Source of the DNA: Candidatus Parcubacteria bacterium
Lineage (GTDB): Bacteria; Patescibacteriota; Minisyncoccia; Phycocordibacterales; UBA12088
Length of the DNA: 45,711 bases
Direction: 5' to 3'
Assembly: GCA_003694545.1 (NCBI GenBank)
Contig: RFKD01000016.1
Coordinates: forward strand, 1 to 45,711
A model generated the notes under the pieces. It searched no databases, was not told the DNA's origin, and saw only the letters and a program-made list of their open reading frames with translations. Below, one piece after another: positions 22,828-32,344 of this stretch (position 1 is the first letter of the stretch; each line of letters begins with the position of its first letter). The position numbers and the translations under genes are program-made.

Positions 22828-23691
22828 CTATCGCGGGTTTCTCTTGGGGTGTCGTTGGCGTTGAGATTGTGGAGCCAGCAGGGCGAGCGTGCCCCTCAGG
22901 AGCAGCAGTGTCTCGCGGGGTGAGGAGACCCACACACTTGTGGCGCGCGTGCGAAGCACCGGCGCGTCGTTGCCTTGCGGGTAAAGCGCATCGCCCACAT
23001 ACACCATACGGCTTACCGGCACCCCCGTGACTTTTGAGAGACGATGCAACGCATACGCCTTATCGATGCCGCGCACGGTAATGTCGATGGAGGTGAGGCC
23101 TCCCATACGGATTTCGTAGCGACGCTTCAACAGCGTCCTTAAGGCTTGCACGAGGCAGGGTCGCAGATCGTTGCGTTCGTTCCAGCGGCGTTTGGCGGCA
23201 AGGGGCGCGTCTTGCCCTAGCGCGGAGAAGGTAACTTGTGAGCCGCGATTCTCAATGAGAGGCCCCCATACTTGCTGAGGGGTGTGGCCGCACACCTCCA
23301 TTGTTTTGTGGAACGCGCGCTGGATAGTGCGCACCTCTGCTCGCGTCAAGGTGTGCCGGTACATGGCGTGGGGGTGATTCCCTCGAAACACATACAATTC
23401 AGCCCCAGAAAGCGGGCAAAGCACGAGGTGTTCTAAATGACGACAGGGCAGGTGTTGCACCACTTGCGCTTGAATGCGCGACAAAGATCCACCGCCTACG
23501 ATAGCTAACCACTTGCCGCCCGAAAGGAGCGCGCACAAGCTTTTTGCGATTGAGCGCGATACCGGCTTGCGGGAGACGGCGAGTGTTCCGTCAACATCAA
23601 ATACCACCACGGGCGCCTCCGTGACTTTGCGCGACAGCGCGGTCGCGTCGGAAGTGTTCCAACGGTGAAGCCGAGATTGCATAGGGAGCAC
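22828..23691 (-). CDS. HAD-IIB hydrolase, eukaryotic-type phosphomannomutase (PMM)-like
   Basis: FDVDGTLAVSRKP followed by LAIVGGGSLSRIQAQV resembles the PMM pattern DVDGTL...VGGSD..KI.EQ. C-terminal GDALYPQGND motif. Confidence 0.6.
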   Translation of the reverse strand: MLPMQSRLHRWNTSDATALSRKVTEAPVVVFDVDGTLAVSRKPVSRSIAKSLCALLSGGKWLAIVGGGSLSRIQAQVVQHLPCRHLEHLVLCPLSGAELYVFRGNHPHAMYRHTLTRAEVRTIQRAFHKTMEVCGHTPQQVWGPLIENRGSQVTFSALGQDAPLAAKRRWNERNDLRPCLVQALRTLLKRRYEIRMGGLTSIDITVRGIDKAYALHRLSKVTGVPVSRMVYVGDALYPQGNDAPVLRTRATSVWVSSPRETLLLLRGTLALLAPQSQRQRHPKRNPR

Positions 23692-23693
23692 CC

Positions 23694-25619
23694 TTATCGC
23701 ACAGGCTGAAGCGCGACGAGCAAGTCGTGCAGGGCTATGGTCGCGACGCCGACGACGCGATCGCCCCCGCCATAGTAAATAAACAGGGTGTCGTTAACGA
23801 GCACGTTCCCGCAGGGGAATACCACATTGCGGACGACACCCTCTTTTTCATAGGGAGCTTCAGGCTCAAAGAGGGGAAAAACAGTGCGGGCAAGTATCCG
23901 CGTGGGGTCGCGCTTATCAAGGAGTACCGCGCCGACCCGATACACCCCGTCATCAGACACTCCGTGGTACAACATAATCCACCCTTTCTTGGTTTTGACG
24001 GGAGGCGATGCCCCTCCCACTTTTTTCCCGTCCCACCAACCAACGCGGTTTGCGATCCACCGTGTTTCTTCCAACCAGCCTCCCTTCGGCGGGAGCGCGT
24101 CGGTAAACCCATAGTCAATGTCAATGCCACGGCGATGGACGATGAGGAACTTGCCGCGCACCTTTTGCGGCCACAAAAAGGCGTCCTTATCGTCGCACTC
24201 GGGAGCGGTGAGGAGAGTGGGGGGCGCCCAACGCCACCTTCGGTTGAGAAAATCTTTGACGGAAATTGAAGTGAACGCGACGCGCGGAGGATTTTGTCCG
24301 TCAAACGCGGTATAGAATATATAGAGCGTGTTGCCGAAACGAGTGAGGCGGGGATCTTCCACGCCGGAATTCGCGTTGGGCACCCGTTTTTGCTCAAAGG
24401 GGGCTCGCGGCACATACACGGGCTCGGGGTGGCGGTAGTTGATGGTAAAGCCGTCGCGCGTGGTGGCATAGCCAAAAGTAGAGGTGTTGTCTTCCGACAA
24501 TGCCCGGTAGAGGAGATGCGTGGTGTCGCCGAGTCGGATGGCGGCGGGGTTGAACACAGCCTTAGCTTCCCATTGGTGCGTCGGATTTGGTTCAAGGATC
24601 GGGTTGTTTGGCGCCCGTTGAAATCGCGGCAAAACGCGGCGCGATGGCGTCAAAAGCGCCCGCAGCGTGGGCAGATCAAAATCAGCTGCCGCGCAGGTGG
24701 TATCGGCCGCGCCATAGTAGAGCCGAACGGAGTTTTGATTGAGGAGGAGTGCGCCCGAAGGGAAGACGACCTTTGGTACGAGCCCATACAATTCATACCA
24801 CATTTCCGGAACAAGAAGGGGCGCACGGGTCTGTCCAATAATGCGAGTTGGATCTTCCCGATCCAAGAGAACCGCCTCAACGGTAAACAAGCGGCGCGCG
24901 GGATCGTGGTAATCGTGAATGTATGCATAAAACAGCAACCAGCCCTCTGGTAAAGGAACAGGTGGCGCGCCAACCTCAATATGGTCGCGGTTTGAGCGGA
25001 GGAGGGAGAGGGTGCGTGGTGAGGCTTGCGCCTGCCATTTTTCCCAATAGGCAGGATCCCACAAGTCTTCTAAGCGTTCGAGCTCAGCAAACGCAAGGGA
25101 AGGGGGAGGTTTGTCGGGGTTGAGGGTGAACAGAACCCACCATTTCCCCTGCATTTGTTGGGGAAACAACACCATGGCTTTCGCGTTGAAGGGAGTTACG
25201 AGGTATTTGGCGCGTACCCGCAAAAGGCGCCGGTCGGTTACGGCAACCCCAACGCGTATGCCTTCGGCTTGGAACGGATAGCGGGAAAGCGCCGTGTAGA
25301 ACACAAAGCAGCGATTTCCAACGCATGTTACATGCGGATCTTCACAACCGTACCGTTCCCACGGTTCTTCCGGAACGACAAAGCGCTCACTTTTGATGAA
25401 GGTGGTGCCGTCGCGGCTTTCTGCTCTTCCGATGTCGGAGACCATGAGCTCTGTTTGAGCCGAGGCATGGTAGTGAGGGACGGAAAGTGCTCGGTAGAGC
25501 AGCACGATCTTTTGCCCCACCCGCACAGGGCAGCCATTGAATGTGGCCATCGCTTCCCACGGATGCAGCGGGTTGGGAGTCAGGAAAGGGTTCTCGAGGG
25601 AACGACGAGCAAATGTCAT
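23694..25619 (-). CDS. tandem double GH130-like (DUF377/pfam04041-type) glycoside phosphorylase/hydrolase
   Basis: Two repeats of the pattern NP(F/I)L.PNP.H.WEA.A.FN....(I/L)LLYRA... Start trimmed to ATG 25619 to remove overlap with the upstream gene. Confidence 0.65.
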   Translation of the reverse strand: MTFARRSLENPFLTPNPLHPWEAMATFNGCPVRVGQKIVLLYRALSVPHYHASAQTELMVSDIGRAESRDGTTFIKSERFVVPEEPWERYGCEDPHVTCVGNRCFVFYTALSRYPFQAEGIRVGVAVTDRRLLRVRAKYLVTPFNAKAMVLFPQQMQGKWWVLFTLNPDKPPPSLAFAELERLEDLWDPAYWEKWQAQASPRTLSLLRSNRDHIEVGAPPVPLPEGWLLFYAYIHDYHDPARRLFTVEAVLLDREDPTRIIGQTRAPLLVPEMWYELYGLVPKVVFPSGALLLNQNSVRLYYGAADTTCAAADFDLPTLRALLTPSRRVLPRFQRAPNNPILEPNPTHQWEAKAVFNPAAIRLGDTTHLLYRALSEDNTSTFGYATTRDGFTINYRHPEPVYVPRAPFEQKRVPNANSGVEDPRLTRFGNTLYIFYTAFDGQNPPRVAFTSISVKDFLNRRWRWAPPTLLTAPECDDKDAFLWPQKVRGKFLIVHRRGIDIDYGFTDALPPKGGWLEETRWIANRVGWWDGKKVGGASPPVKTKKGWIMLYHGVSDDGVYRVGAVLLDKRDPTRILARTVFPLFEPEAPYEKEGVVRNVVFPCGNVLVNDTLFIYYGGGDRVVGVATIALHDLLVALQPVR

Positions 25620-25650
25620 ACGCGAGCACGATGCGCAAAGCGCAAGCGAA

Positions 25651-26922
25651 TCATTGCGCCGCGCGCCGTTGTTGCACCCGACGATACGCCAAGCGCGGAG
25701 CACCGCCTTGGATAAGACTCTCGAGGAAGGAAGCAGCCGGCGCGTATGCAACCCCCACATAGGTATCCGCGGCGCCGTAGTACAGAAGGAGTGTTGAACC
25801 GAGGATCACGGCCCCTGTGGCATACACCACCCCCGGCTTGTGGCCGTTCCATTCATATACTTCTTGCGGTTCAAGGATGGGCTGGGGCGCGCGTCGGAGG
25901 ATGACGGTCGGGTTTGCGTAATCAAGCAACAACGCGCCCAACTTATAAATACCGGGGGCGTTGCGTGCGACCGCGTGGTAGAACAGCAACCAGCCATACG
26001 GAGTGGGAAGAGGGGGTGGTCCGGCTCCACGAATGTACGCTTCCCACCCTTCCGTAAGCGGTTGGGGGGTATACACACTTTCAATCCATTCGTCCTGAGC
26101 AAAGGTCATCGACGGGCGATAGTGGACGAGGACACGGGGGCTCAAGCTCGTGAGAATAGCATACTGCCCGCGAATACGCTGAGGGAAAATAACCCAATTT
26201 TTGTGGGTTTCGTGGGGTGGGGAAATAACACGTGGGGGCTGCCATCGCCACTGTTTGGCAAGAAGGTCGGCACGGGAAATGGTTGTTAATCCAACACCAA
26301 GGCTTTCGCCGCAGGCGGTGTAGGTGAGATAAATGGTGTCGTCTTCAGCTATGTAAATCGCTCGAGGATCCTCTGCTCCACTCCAACTTCCTCCCGACGA
26401 GCCTGATACCCGCACTACTGCCGCTGAGCCGCGCGTTGGGTGGGCAAACACCGGGCTAGTGAGGCGCTCAGCGAGGGTAAAACCATCGTAGGAGGATGCG
26501 TATCCGATGCGCGAGACACCATCGTACCCAATGGCGCGGTAGAAGAAGTGAATCCGATCCTCCACCAACATGGCTGCTGGGTTAAATGTTTGCCACGATT
26601 CCCAGGCGTAATGCGGCTGAGGCGCGATGAGGGGATTTGAAGAGCTACGCGTCAGCGCAGAAACGCGTTCTCGTCTGCTTGGCTGTGTTGGTGCACGCGG
26701 CGGGCGCCTGGCGAGGGAGGTTTGCCGTTTGCGCGAGCGTGGCACGGCGGCTGTTTTGCGGGAGGCTGCACGCCTCAATTTTTGCTGTTGACGAGTTGTC
26801 GCGCGAGCCCCTTTGCTTTTCTGCTCTTTTTTCTTTTTTGATATGTTTGCCGTTTTGGGCGGAGAGGTTTTTCTCTGCGCCGAGTGCCGCTTTCCTTCAG
26901 GCGATCGAGCCGAGGCAGTCAT
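25651..26922 (-). CDS. GH130-like module with an about 95-aa Lys/Arg-rich N-terminal extension
   Basis: SSNPLIAPQPHYAWESWQTFNPAAMLVEDRIHFFYRAIGYDGVSRIGYASSYDGFTL, preceded by MTASARSPEGKRHSAQRKTSPPKTANISKKKKEQKSKGARATTRQQQKLRRAASRK... Confidence 0.65.
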   Translation of the reverse strand: MTASARSPEGKRHSAQRKTSPPKTANISKKKKEQKSKGARATTRQQQKLRRAASRKTAAVPRSRKRQTSLARRPPRAPTQPSRRERVSALTRSSSNPLIAPQPHYAWESWQTFNPAAMLVEDRIHFFYRAIGYDGVSRIGYASSYDGFTLAERLTSPVFAHPTRGSAAVVRVSGSSGGSWSGAEDPRAIYIAEDDTIYLTYTACGESLGVGLTTISRADLLAKQWRWQPPRVISPPHETHKNWVIFPQRIRGQYAILTSLSPRVLVHYRPSMTFAQDEWIESVYTPQPLTEGWEAYIRGAGPPPLPTPYGWLLFYHAVARNAPGIYKLGALLLDYANPTVILRRAPQPILEPQEVYEWNGHKPGVVYATGAVILGSTLLLYYGAADTYVGVAYAPAASFLESLIQGGAPRLAYRRVQQRRAAQ

Positions 26923-27081
26923 AGAGGATGGCGCAAGCTATTGTACGAGTTATTGTACTAGAAAACCGTGTGCCGATTATCCACACTTTCAGCTTTGCGT
27001 CTTTGTGGGTGTTCACTCACGGAGCGCCGTGTGTCATAATCACTCGCAAATGAAGACATTTTTTGACTTGTCCCTCTTATT

Positions 27082-28830
27082 TTGTGTATGCCGCGCGAAA
27101 ATTTGCCAACACACTCCAGTAGAGCTCCCTCAGACGAAGATTTGCATACCGAGTCTCGCGAGGGGTCCCGTCTTACTCGTCGTTGGGTGCTCGGCGGGTT
27201 GGCTGCGGGGGCGGTAAGCGCGCTGGCGGGCGGCACGCTTGCCCTCCACCGCGCGGCTGACAAAAGAACACGAGAGGCGGAAGAGTTTGCCCAGCGTTTG
27301 GCGAAGGGGGAGGACCTTGAAGGATTAAGCTGGCAAGCGTTTGTGGATGCCGTTTATAGGGAGGGAGAAAGATGGTGGCACAACGCCGTGCAGCAAGCAC
27401 AAGGCGCGCAAGGTCGGTGGAAAAACTCTCTTTCCCGCGCGGATGTGGAGCGCCTTTTGAAGGAGGGTTTTTCCGTCATGGTGCGGGTGGAAGGAAACAT
27501 GGGCGATATTGTTGAGCGTGGGGTGGAAGAAGGGGGTGAGGTTGTGGCGCAAACTACCGGGTACAATGTCTTGGAGTTGAAAACCTTTGGGCCAGCAGAA
27601 ATTAACGCTCGCACGGCACTCCAGCTTGCGCGTGAACACCCCAACCTCACCCGCCTTTTGGAGGAGAGGGGAGTGTATGAAAGGGGCACGTTAGCATTTC
27701 TCCAACAAAACGGCGCGCGAGCGGATGAGGGGGAAATCGCGCGGCGTTTGAGGCTGTTTGATGTGGGATCGGTTGTGTGGGGCGCTGTGCATTTTACCTG
27801 TCTTGCTTCCCTCTACAGCCGTAATCGTGAGGGGGTCGCACAGTTATACAATGCGCGGAGCCTTTTTCTTTCGTGGGCAGCATACAGCGGCACGCCCACC
27901 ACGCCCGCCGTGAGCGCGCTGCAGAATTTACTTAATGAGTTTGAAGGATTGTTGGGTATTCGCCGACAATCGCTCGTTGTTGACGGAAGCTGGGGGCCGC
28001 AGACCAGCAAGGCGCTGGAGGAACTGATAACCCACCTTGAAAAAGGCGCCATGAAGGAAGAAACATCGGAGCGCGCTGAAGATAACCCGCGCGCTCGGGA
28101 AGCGCGGGAGGTGTTGCACAAAAGCGCGATTCCGCTCTTACGCTCTTTGTGCGAGTGTAAGGATATTTTAGAAGGAAGAGGACGGCACAATCCGGCGCGG
28201 CTTGTGCGTCTTGCGCGCCAGGTGCTGGAAGTACAGCATCAATCCTCACTCTTGCGTGAAGCCCTCTGGAAGGGGTTGTGGGAAACAGAGAAAAAAGGCA
28301 CAACCGAGAAAGCGCGAGTGGCGGCGAACCTTATTGTCCAGCGCTACAGCGCCTTGATGGAAAGCTACGAGCGCTTGCAAGACATCATAGAGGATTCGCA
28401 AGATGTGCGCGAGTTACTTGAAAGTTCTTTAAACCCGGCACAACGAGCATCCTTCGCGCCACTGGCGCAGGATAAACGCGACAAGGCGCGCAACACGATT
28501 CGCGATTGGTTTGTGGGGTATCTCAAAGGAAGTGACCAAGACGGCTGGAGGCGCCTTTTGGAAAATGCGTCCCACTTTGAAGAGAAAATGGTGGCGCATA
28601 TTGGCGGCAGGGCTGCGTACTGGCAGGCGGTGTGGCAGGCGTGGTGGCTGGTTCTCAAAGAACGTGTGCCTCTGCGATGGCAGAGCGACGGATTATTCCC
28701 GGGAGCTATCCCCACGCTTCGCCAAGGGGGCTTGTCAGTTGTTGATGTGAGCATTCCGTATCGCCTCGCATTAGCATGGAATTTGCGCGAAAGCGGCGAC
28801 GCGATAGGAATAAGAGATGACGATAACTAA
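27082..28830 (+). CDS. hypothetical exported/membrane protein with a peptidoglycan-binding-like motif
   Basis: The N-terminal SRLTRRWVLGGLAAGAVSALAGG looks like a twin-arginine signal or an anchor. LVVDGSWGPQTSKALEELI resembles PG_binding_1. The start codon is uncertain. Confidence 0.5.
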   Translation: MCMPRENLPTHSSRAPSDEDLHTESREGSRLTRRWVLGGLAAGAVSALAGGTLALHRAADKRTREAEEFAQRLAKGEDLEGLSWQAFVDAVYREGERWWHNAVQQAQGAQGRWKNSLSRADVERLLKEGFSVMVRVEGNMGDIVERGVEEGGEVVAQTTGYNVLELKTFGPAEINARTALQLAREHPNLTRLLEERGVYERGTLAFLQQNGARADEGEIARRLRLFDVGSVVWGAVHFTCLASLYSRNREGVAQLYNARSLFLSWAAYSGTPTTPAVSALQNLLNEFEGLLGIRRQSLVVDGSWGPQTSKALEELITHLEKGAMKEETSERAEDNPRAREAREVLHKSAIPLLRSLCECKDILEGRGRHNPARLVRLARQVLEVQHQSSLLREALWKGLWETEKKGTTEKARVAANLIVQRYSALMESYERLQDIIEDSQDVRELLESSLNPAQRASFAPLAQDKRDKARNTIRDWFVGYLKGSDQDGWRRLLENASHFEEKMVAHIGGRAAYWQAVWQAWWLVLKERVPLRWQSDGLFPGAIPTLRQGGLSVVDVSIPYRLALAWNLRESGDAIGIRDDDN

Positions 28831-29515
28831 AAGCAGTGTGCGCGCGCTAATAACAACGCGAGGAGTGGCGGAAGAGGCCCAACTCAGTAAACGGTGGCAG
28901 CGCAGCGGCGCGGTTGTCGCGCTCGCATGGGGAGCAATGACCCTTCTGGGCGTGGTGACGCTTGGGGCGAGTGTGGGGGCCCACGGAATCCTCCAACAGC
29001 TGATGCAAAACATATCGCCCCATTGGCGGGTGGTGTTGGGAGAATTTTTCTCCGCCTACGGAAGCTGGTGGGGAATAGGAGCCGCGTGGGGAACCCTCTT
29101 GGTGCTTACCCGCGGACGGCTCATGCGCACCGTTGTGGCTTCAGGTTTGGTTGTGGTGGGCGTGGTGGTGAGTGGTTGGATCATGAAAGAGTTTTTCGGA
29201 GTCCCCCGCCCGAGCGATATGCTCGTGGGAGAAGACGGCTTTCGCTACCCCAGCCTTCACGCTGCCGCCGCGGCGGGGCTGTGGGGGAGTGTGGCTTTTG
29301 CGGTGTGGAGGCAAGGGTATAAGAGTTCGCGCGCACTTGCGCTGGTGCTTTTTGTCATCATTGCGGTTGTTGGTATTGGGCGCATGCTGCTTGGCGTGCA
29401 CTATCCCGTGGATGTCGTGGGAGGTATTCTCCTTGCGGCAGGTTGGATCACGCTCGTGTTTAGATACCTAGACAGTACATCGTGCTCAAGGCGAGGAGGT
29501 AGGGTTAGCCAGTGA
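28817..29515 (+). CDS. PAP2 family phosphatase (undecaprenyl-diphosphatase-like)
   Basis: KEFFGVPRP, PSLHAAAA and GRMLLGVHYPVDVVGG motifs. Polytopic. Confidence 0.75.
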   Translation: MTITKSSVRALITTRGVAEEAQLSKRWQRSGAVVALAWGAMTLLGVVTLGASVGAHGILQQLMQNISPHWRVVLGEFFSAYGSWWGIGAAWGTLLVLTRGRLMRTVVASGLVVVGVVVSGWIMKEFFGVPRPSDMLVGEDGFRYPSLHAAAAAGLWGSVAFAVWRQGYKSSRALALVLFVIIAVVGIGRMLLGVHYPVDVVGGILLAAGWITLVFRYLDSTSCSRRGGRVSQ

Positions 29516-29577
29516 AAGAAGCCTCCTGCCGCAAGACGCAGCCCTCGCCAACGCTTCGCGTTGCCTTCGGTGCGCTG

Positions 29578-29661
<84 letters not shown>

Positions 29662-29732
29662 ACTGCCGTGTATGCTATCACAAGGCGACCTATCACAAAA
29701 GAGCTTGGTTGGCGTGGTATACTCAGCAGTAT

Positions 29733-30365
29733 ATGGCGCAGGGAAGCGTTCCTCTTCTTCTTGGAGCTGCGGTGGTTGTGGTGGCGCTGGGGTTTGCCGG
29801 CGGGGTATTGTGGGCAACATCCAAAAACACGCCCCCTTCAGACAACGAGCGCATTGCCGAGTTTTACGCAACGGAAGTTGCCGTGCACAAAAGCGCGCAC
29901 TCCGTGCGCAAGGCGATTATGCAAGGGGACGACTCTTTTGTGCTGGTGGATCTGCGCTCTCCGCAAGAGTACGAGCGGGAACACATTGTCGGCGCGGTAA
30001 ACATTCCCGCCTATCGCGACCCGGATACTTCCGCCTATGGGGAAGTGGAGCGTATCGTGCGCGAGTTCCGGAAGTTGCAAGCCGAACACCCCGGCAAGGA
30101 CATTATCGTGTACTGCTACAGCGCCGCGTGTATGACGGGGAGAAAAATCGGCGCGATGCTCGCGCAACACGGCATTTTCGTGAAGCACCTCACCGTCGGT
30201 TGGCAAGAGTGGCGCTATTTCTGGAACTTATGGAATCACGACGGGGAAACACCGGTTGATCTCACTTGGTTTGTCGCCTCCGGCAAGGAACCAGGCCGCT
30301 ACGAAGGGCCGCGGTTGCCGATGGTGGGCGGCTGCAGCGCGGAGGGTAACGATTTTGGCTGCTAG
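29733..30365 (+). CDS. rhodanese-like domain protein with an N-terminal TM anchor
   Basis: FVLVDLRSPQEYEREHIVGAVNIP and IIVYCYSAACMTGRK active-site-like loop. Trimmed to ATG 29733 because the upstream part of the track ORF overlaps tRNA-Leu. Confidence 0.65.
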   Translation: MAQGSVPLLLGAAVVVVALGFAGGVLWATSKNTPPSDNERIAEFYATEVAVHKSAHSVRKAIMQGDDSFVLVDLRSPQEYEREHIVGAVNIPAYRDPDTSAYGEVERIVREFRKLQAEHPGKDIIVYCYSAACMTGRKIGAMLAQHGIFVKHLTVGWQEWRYFWNLWNHDGETPVDLTWFVASGKEPGRYEGPRLPMVGGCSAEGNDFGC

Positions 30366-30398
30366 ATCGTTTGTCTTACGCGACATCGATCCTGCCCT

Positions 30399-31310
30399 AT
30401 GCCTCGCCGCACCTTTTTGTCTTATCCCAAGCGTCACTCTCCAAAGGCTCCGCCCAAGAAGAGTGAGCTATTTGTTGGGGTGGTGGGGTACGGGTATGTG
30501 GGAAAGGCGGTAGCGCGGTTTTTTGCGGAGCGATTTGTCGTTGCAGTGTATGACCCGTATGTGCGGAAATTGCCCCCGGATACGCCACAAGGGGTGCGGA
30601 AGGTCGCTTCGCTCAAAGCATTGAAAGAAGCCTTGGTGAGCGTGGTGTGCGTGCCGACGCCGCAAAGGGAGGACGGTGCTGCGGAAGTGAGCATTGTTGA
30701 GGAGGTGGTGCGCACGCTTCCGACGGACCTCATTGTCATCAAAAGCACGGTGCCGCCTGGCACCACACAGCGCCTGCGCGAGGAAACAGGCAAGCGCATC
30801 GTGTTTTCTCCCGAGTATATTGGAGAAGGGAAGTACCCCGTGTTTTCCGAAGGCGAGCGGGCGTATCCACACCACACGGATATGCGCCAGCACCGCTTTC
30901 ATATTTTTGGTGGGCCGCGAGAAGACACGCGGCGCGCGGCTGAGATTTGGCAGAAGGTCGCGGGCCCCCAAGTGCGCTATTTACAAACCGACAGCACGAC
31001 GGCAGAGCTGGTGAAGTACGCCGAAAACAGCTACCTTGCCCTCAAGGTTACTTTTTGCAACCAACTGTATGACCTCGCGCAAGCGCTTGGCGTGGATTAC
31101 CACGAATTGCGCGAGCTCTGGCTTGAGGACGGACGCGTTGAACCTTCTCATACCTTAGTGTACCCGGACAGCCGCGGCTTTGGCGGAAAGTGTCTTCCCA
31201 AAGACACTGCCGCGATTCTCGCGGTCGCGCGTAAGGTTGGGGTGGACTTTTCGGTGATGAAGGCCGCAGTTGATTACAATCGTTGGTTGCGAAAAACACT
31301 CGAGGACTGA
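30399..31310 (+). CDS. nucleotide-sugar dehydrogenase (UDP-glucose/GDP-mannose dehydrogenase family), short form
   Basis: VGVVGYGYVGKAVA NAD fold and the GGKCLPKD catalytic motif. At 303 aa it appears to lack the usual C-terminal domain. Confidence 0.65.
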   Translation: MPRRTFLSYPKRHSPKAPPKKSELFVGVVGYGYVGKAVARFFAERFVVAVYDPYVRKLPPDTPQGVRKVASLKALKEALVSVVCVPTPQREDGAAEVSIVEEVVRTLPTDLIVIKSTVPPGTTQRLREETGKRIVFSPEYIGEGKYPVFSEGERAYPHHTDMRQHRFHIFGGPREDTRRAAEIWQKVAGPQVRYLQTDSTTAELVKYAENSYLALKVTFCNQLYDLAQALGVDYHELRELWLEDGRVEPSHTLVYPDSRGFGGKCLPKDTAAILAVARKVGVDFSVMKAAVDYNRWLRKTLED

Positions 31311-31356
31311 CGGAAGAGAAATAAACTATATTAAGAGAAATCGTCAGCAGCCCTCT

Positions 31357-31941
31357 TTATTTGTCACTCGTTCTCCCTTCGAGTTCTTTACGAGCGAGCC
31401 GCTCTAGCGCTAGTAAGATTAAGTACAGCGCTTTTAATTCTTCGGTTCTTTCTTGTACCCTTACAGAGCTTCCGATAAGCCTTTCTTCCTCCAATCTTTT
31501 TTTCTGCCCTTTACTCTTTGCTCGTGATAATGACTCGAGTTGGAGGAGAGCATCTTCGACTTTTTCTTTCACTCCTTCAATAAGCCAGAGAGGGAGAACG
31601 ACGCCCCTGTCTCTTTCGCTTTCAGCGGGCGGAAGAAAGGCTTGAAGGAGGTGTACGGGAGTGTAGCGATACGTGGCTAGCGGCTCAGACACTATGCCTT
31701 CTGCGCTGTATTTTTGAAACTCCCCGTATAATCGGTGAAAGTATCGGATGAACTCACTCATTAAAAACTCTTTCACTTTCGGATCAACCGGTTCAGGTTT
31801 ATGAGCCCCTAAGCGGAGAGATTCTGGCAAAGCTGTGCCTCGGAATAGTTTTGGGTCGGGCAGTCCCTCTTCTGGTGAAGAAAGCCAAACGGGAGTGTCT
31901 TGCTGAGGGAATAGTCGTTCTTCGTCTCCGGGGCCATTCAT
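31357..31941 (-). CDS. hypothetical protein (A/T-richer orphan)
   Basis: 194-aa ORF with protein-like, charged composition and no recognised domain. Confidence 0.45.
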   Translation of the reverse strand: MNGPGDEERLFPQQDTPVWLSSPEEGLPDPKLFRGTALPESLRLGAHKPEPVDPKVKEFLMSEFIRYFHRLYGEFQKYSAEGIVSEPLATYRYTPVHLLQAFLPPAESERDRGVVLPLWLIEGVKEKVEDALLQLESLSRAKSKGQKKRLEEERLIGSSVRVQERTEELKALYLILLALERLARKELEGRTSDK

Positions 31942-32344
31942 AAAGAATAGTGTTATTCAAGGATAGCAGAATACACCATCGTCGAGAAGATAGGAATAGA
32001 AAAGGTGGAGAACGCGCGTCTTCTCTTCACGAGTACCCTTGCTTTGCTGGAGGTATCTTTGAGCGTTTGCGCAAACTTTTCGAGGGAGGAAAACGGACTT
32101 CTTCTCCAGGTTCGCGAAGCGTGGTCTCAATCATCACTTCGTCTTTTGCAATTTTGGCGAGGACCCCTGTGCAATGCGCGCCGCAATTGTTGCCCAACTA
32201 CCTTTCAGGAGATTTTCTCACATTGTCACTTCCTTGTTTTCCACCATGCTTTCCCGCCCAAAGGGAGGATGAGGGGGGTAAAAAGGATTCAGGGGGAGGG
32301 TGGAATGTCACGCGCCTCGCTAAGGGCATGGTAGAATGGTCGCG

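Noticed and set aside
27030-27217. A 55-codon ORF (MKTFFDLSLLFCVCRAKICQ...) preceded by CATAAT, overlapping the 5' end of the 27082 gene in another frame.
   Set aside because: It is Cys-rich with odd composition and fully overlaps a longer ORF with a plausible signal-like N-terminus. It cannot be supported without expression or conservation data.
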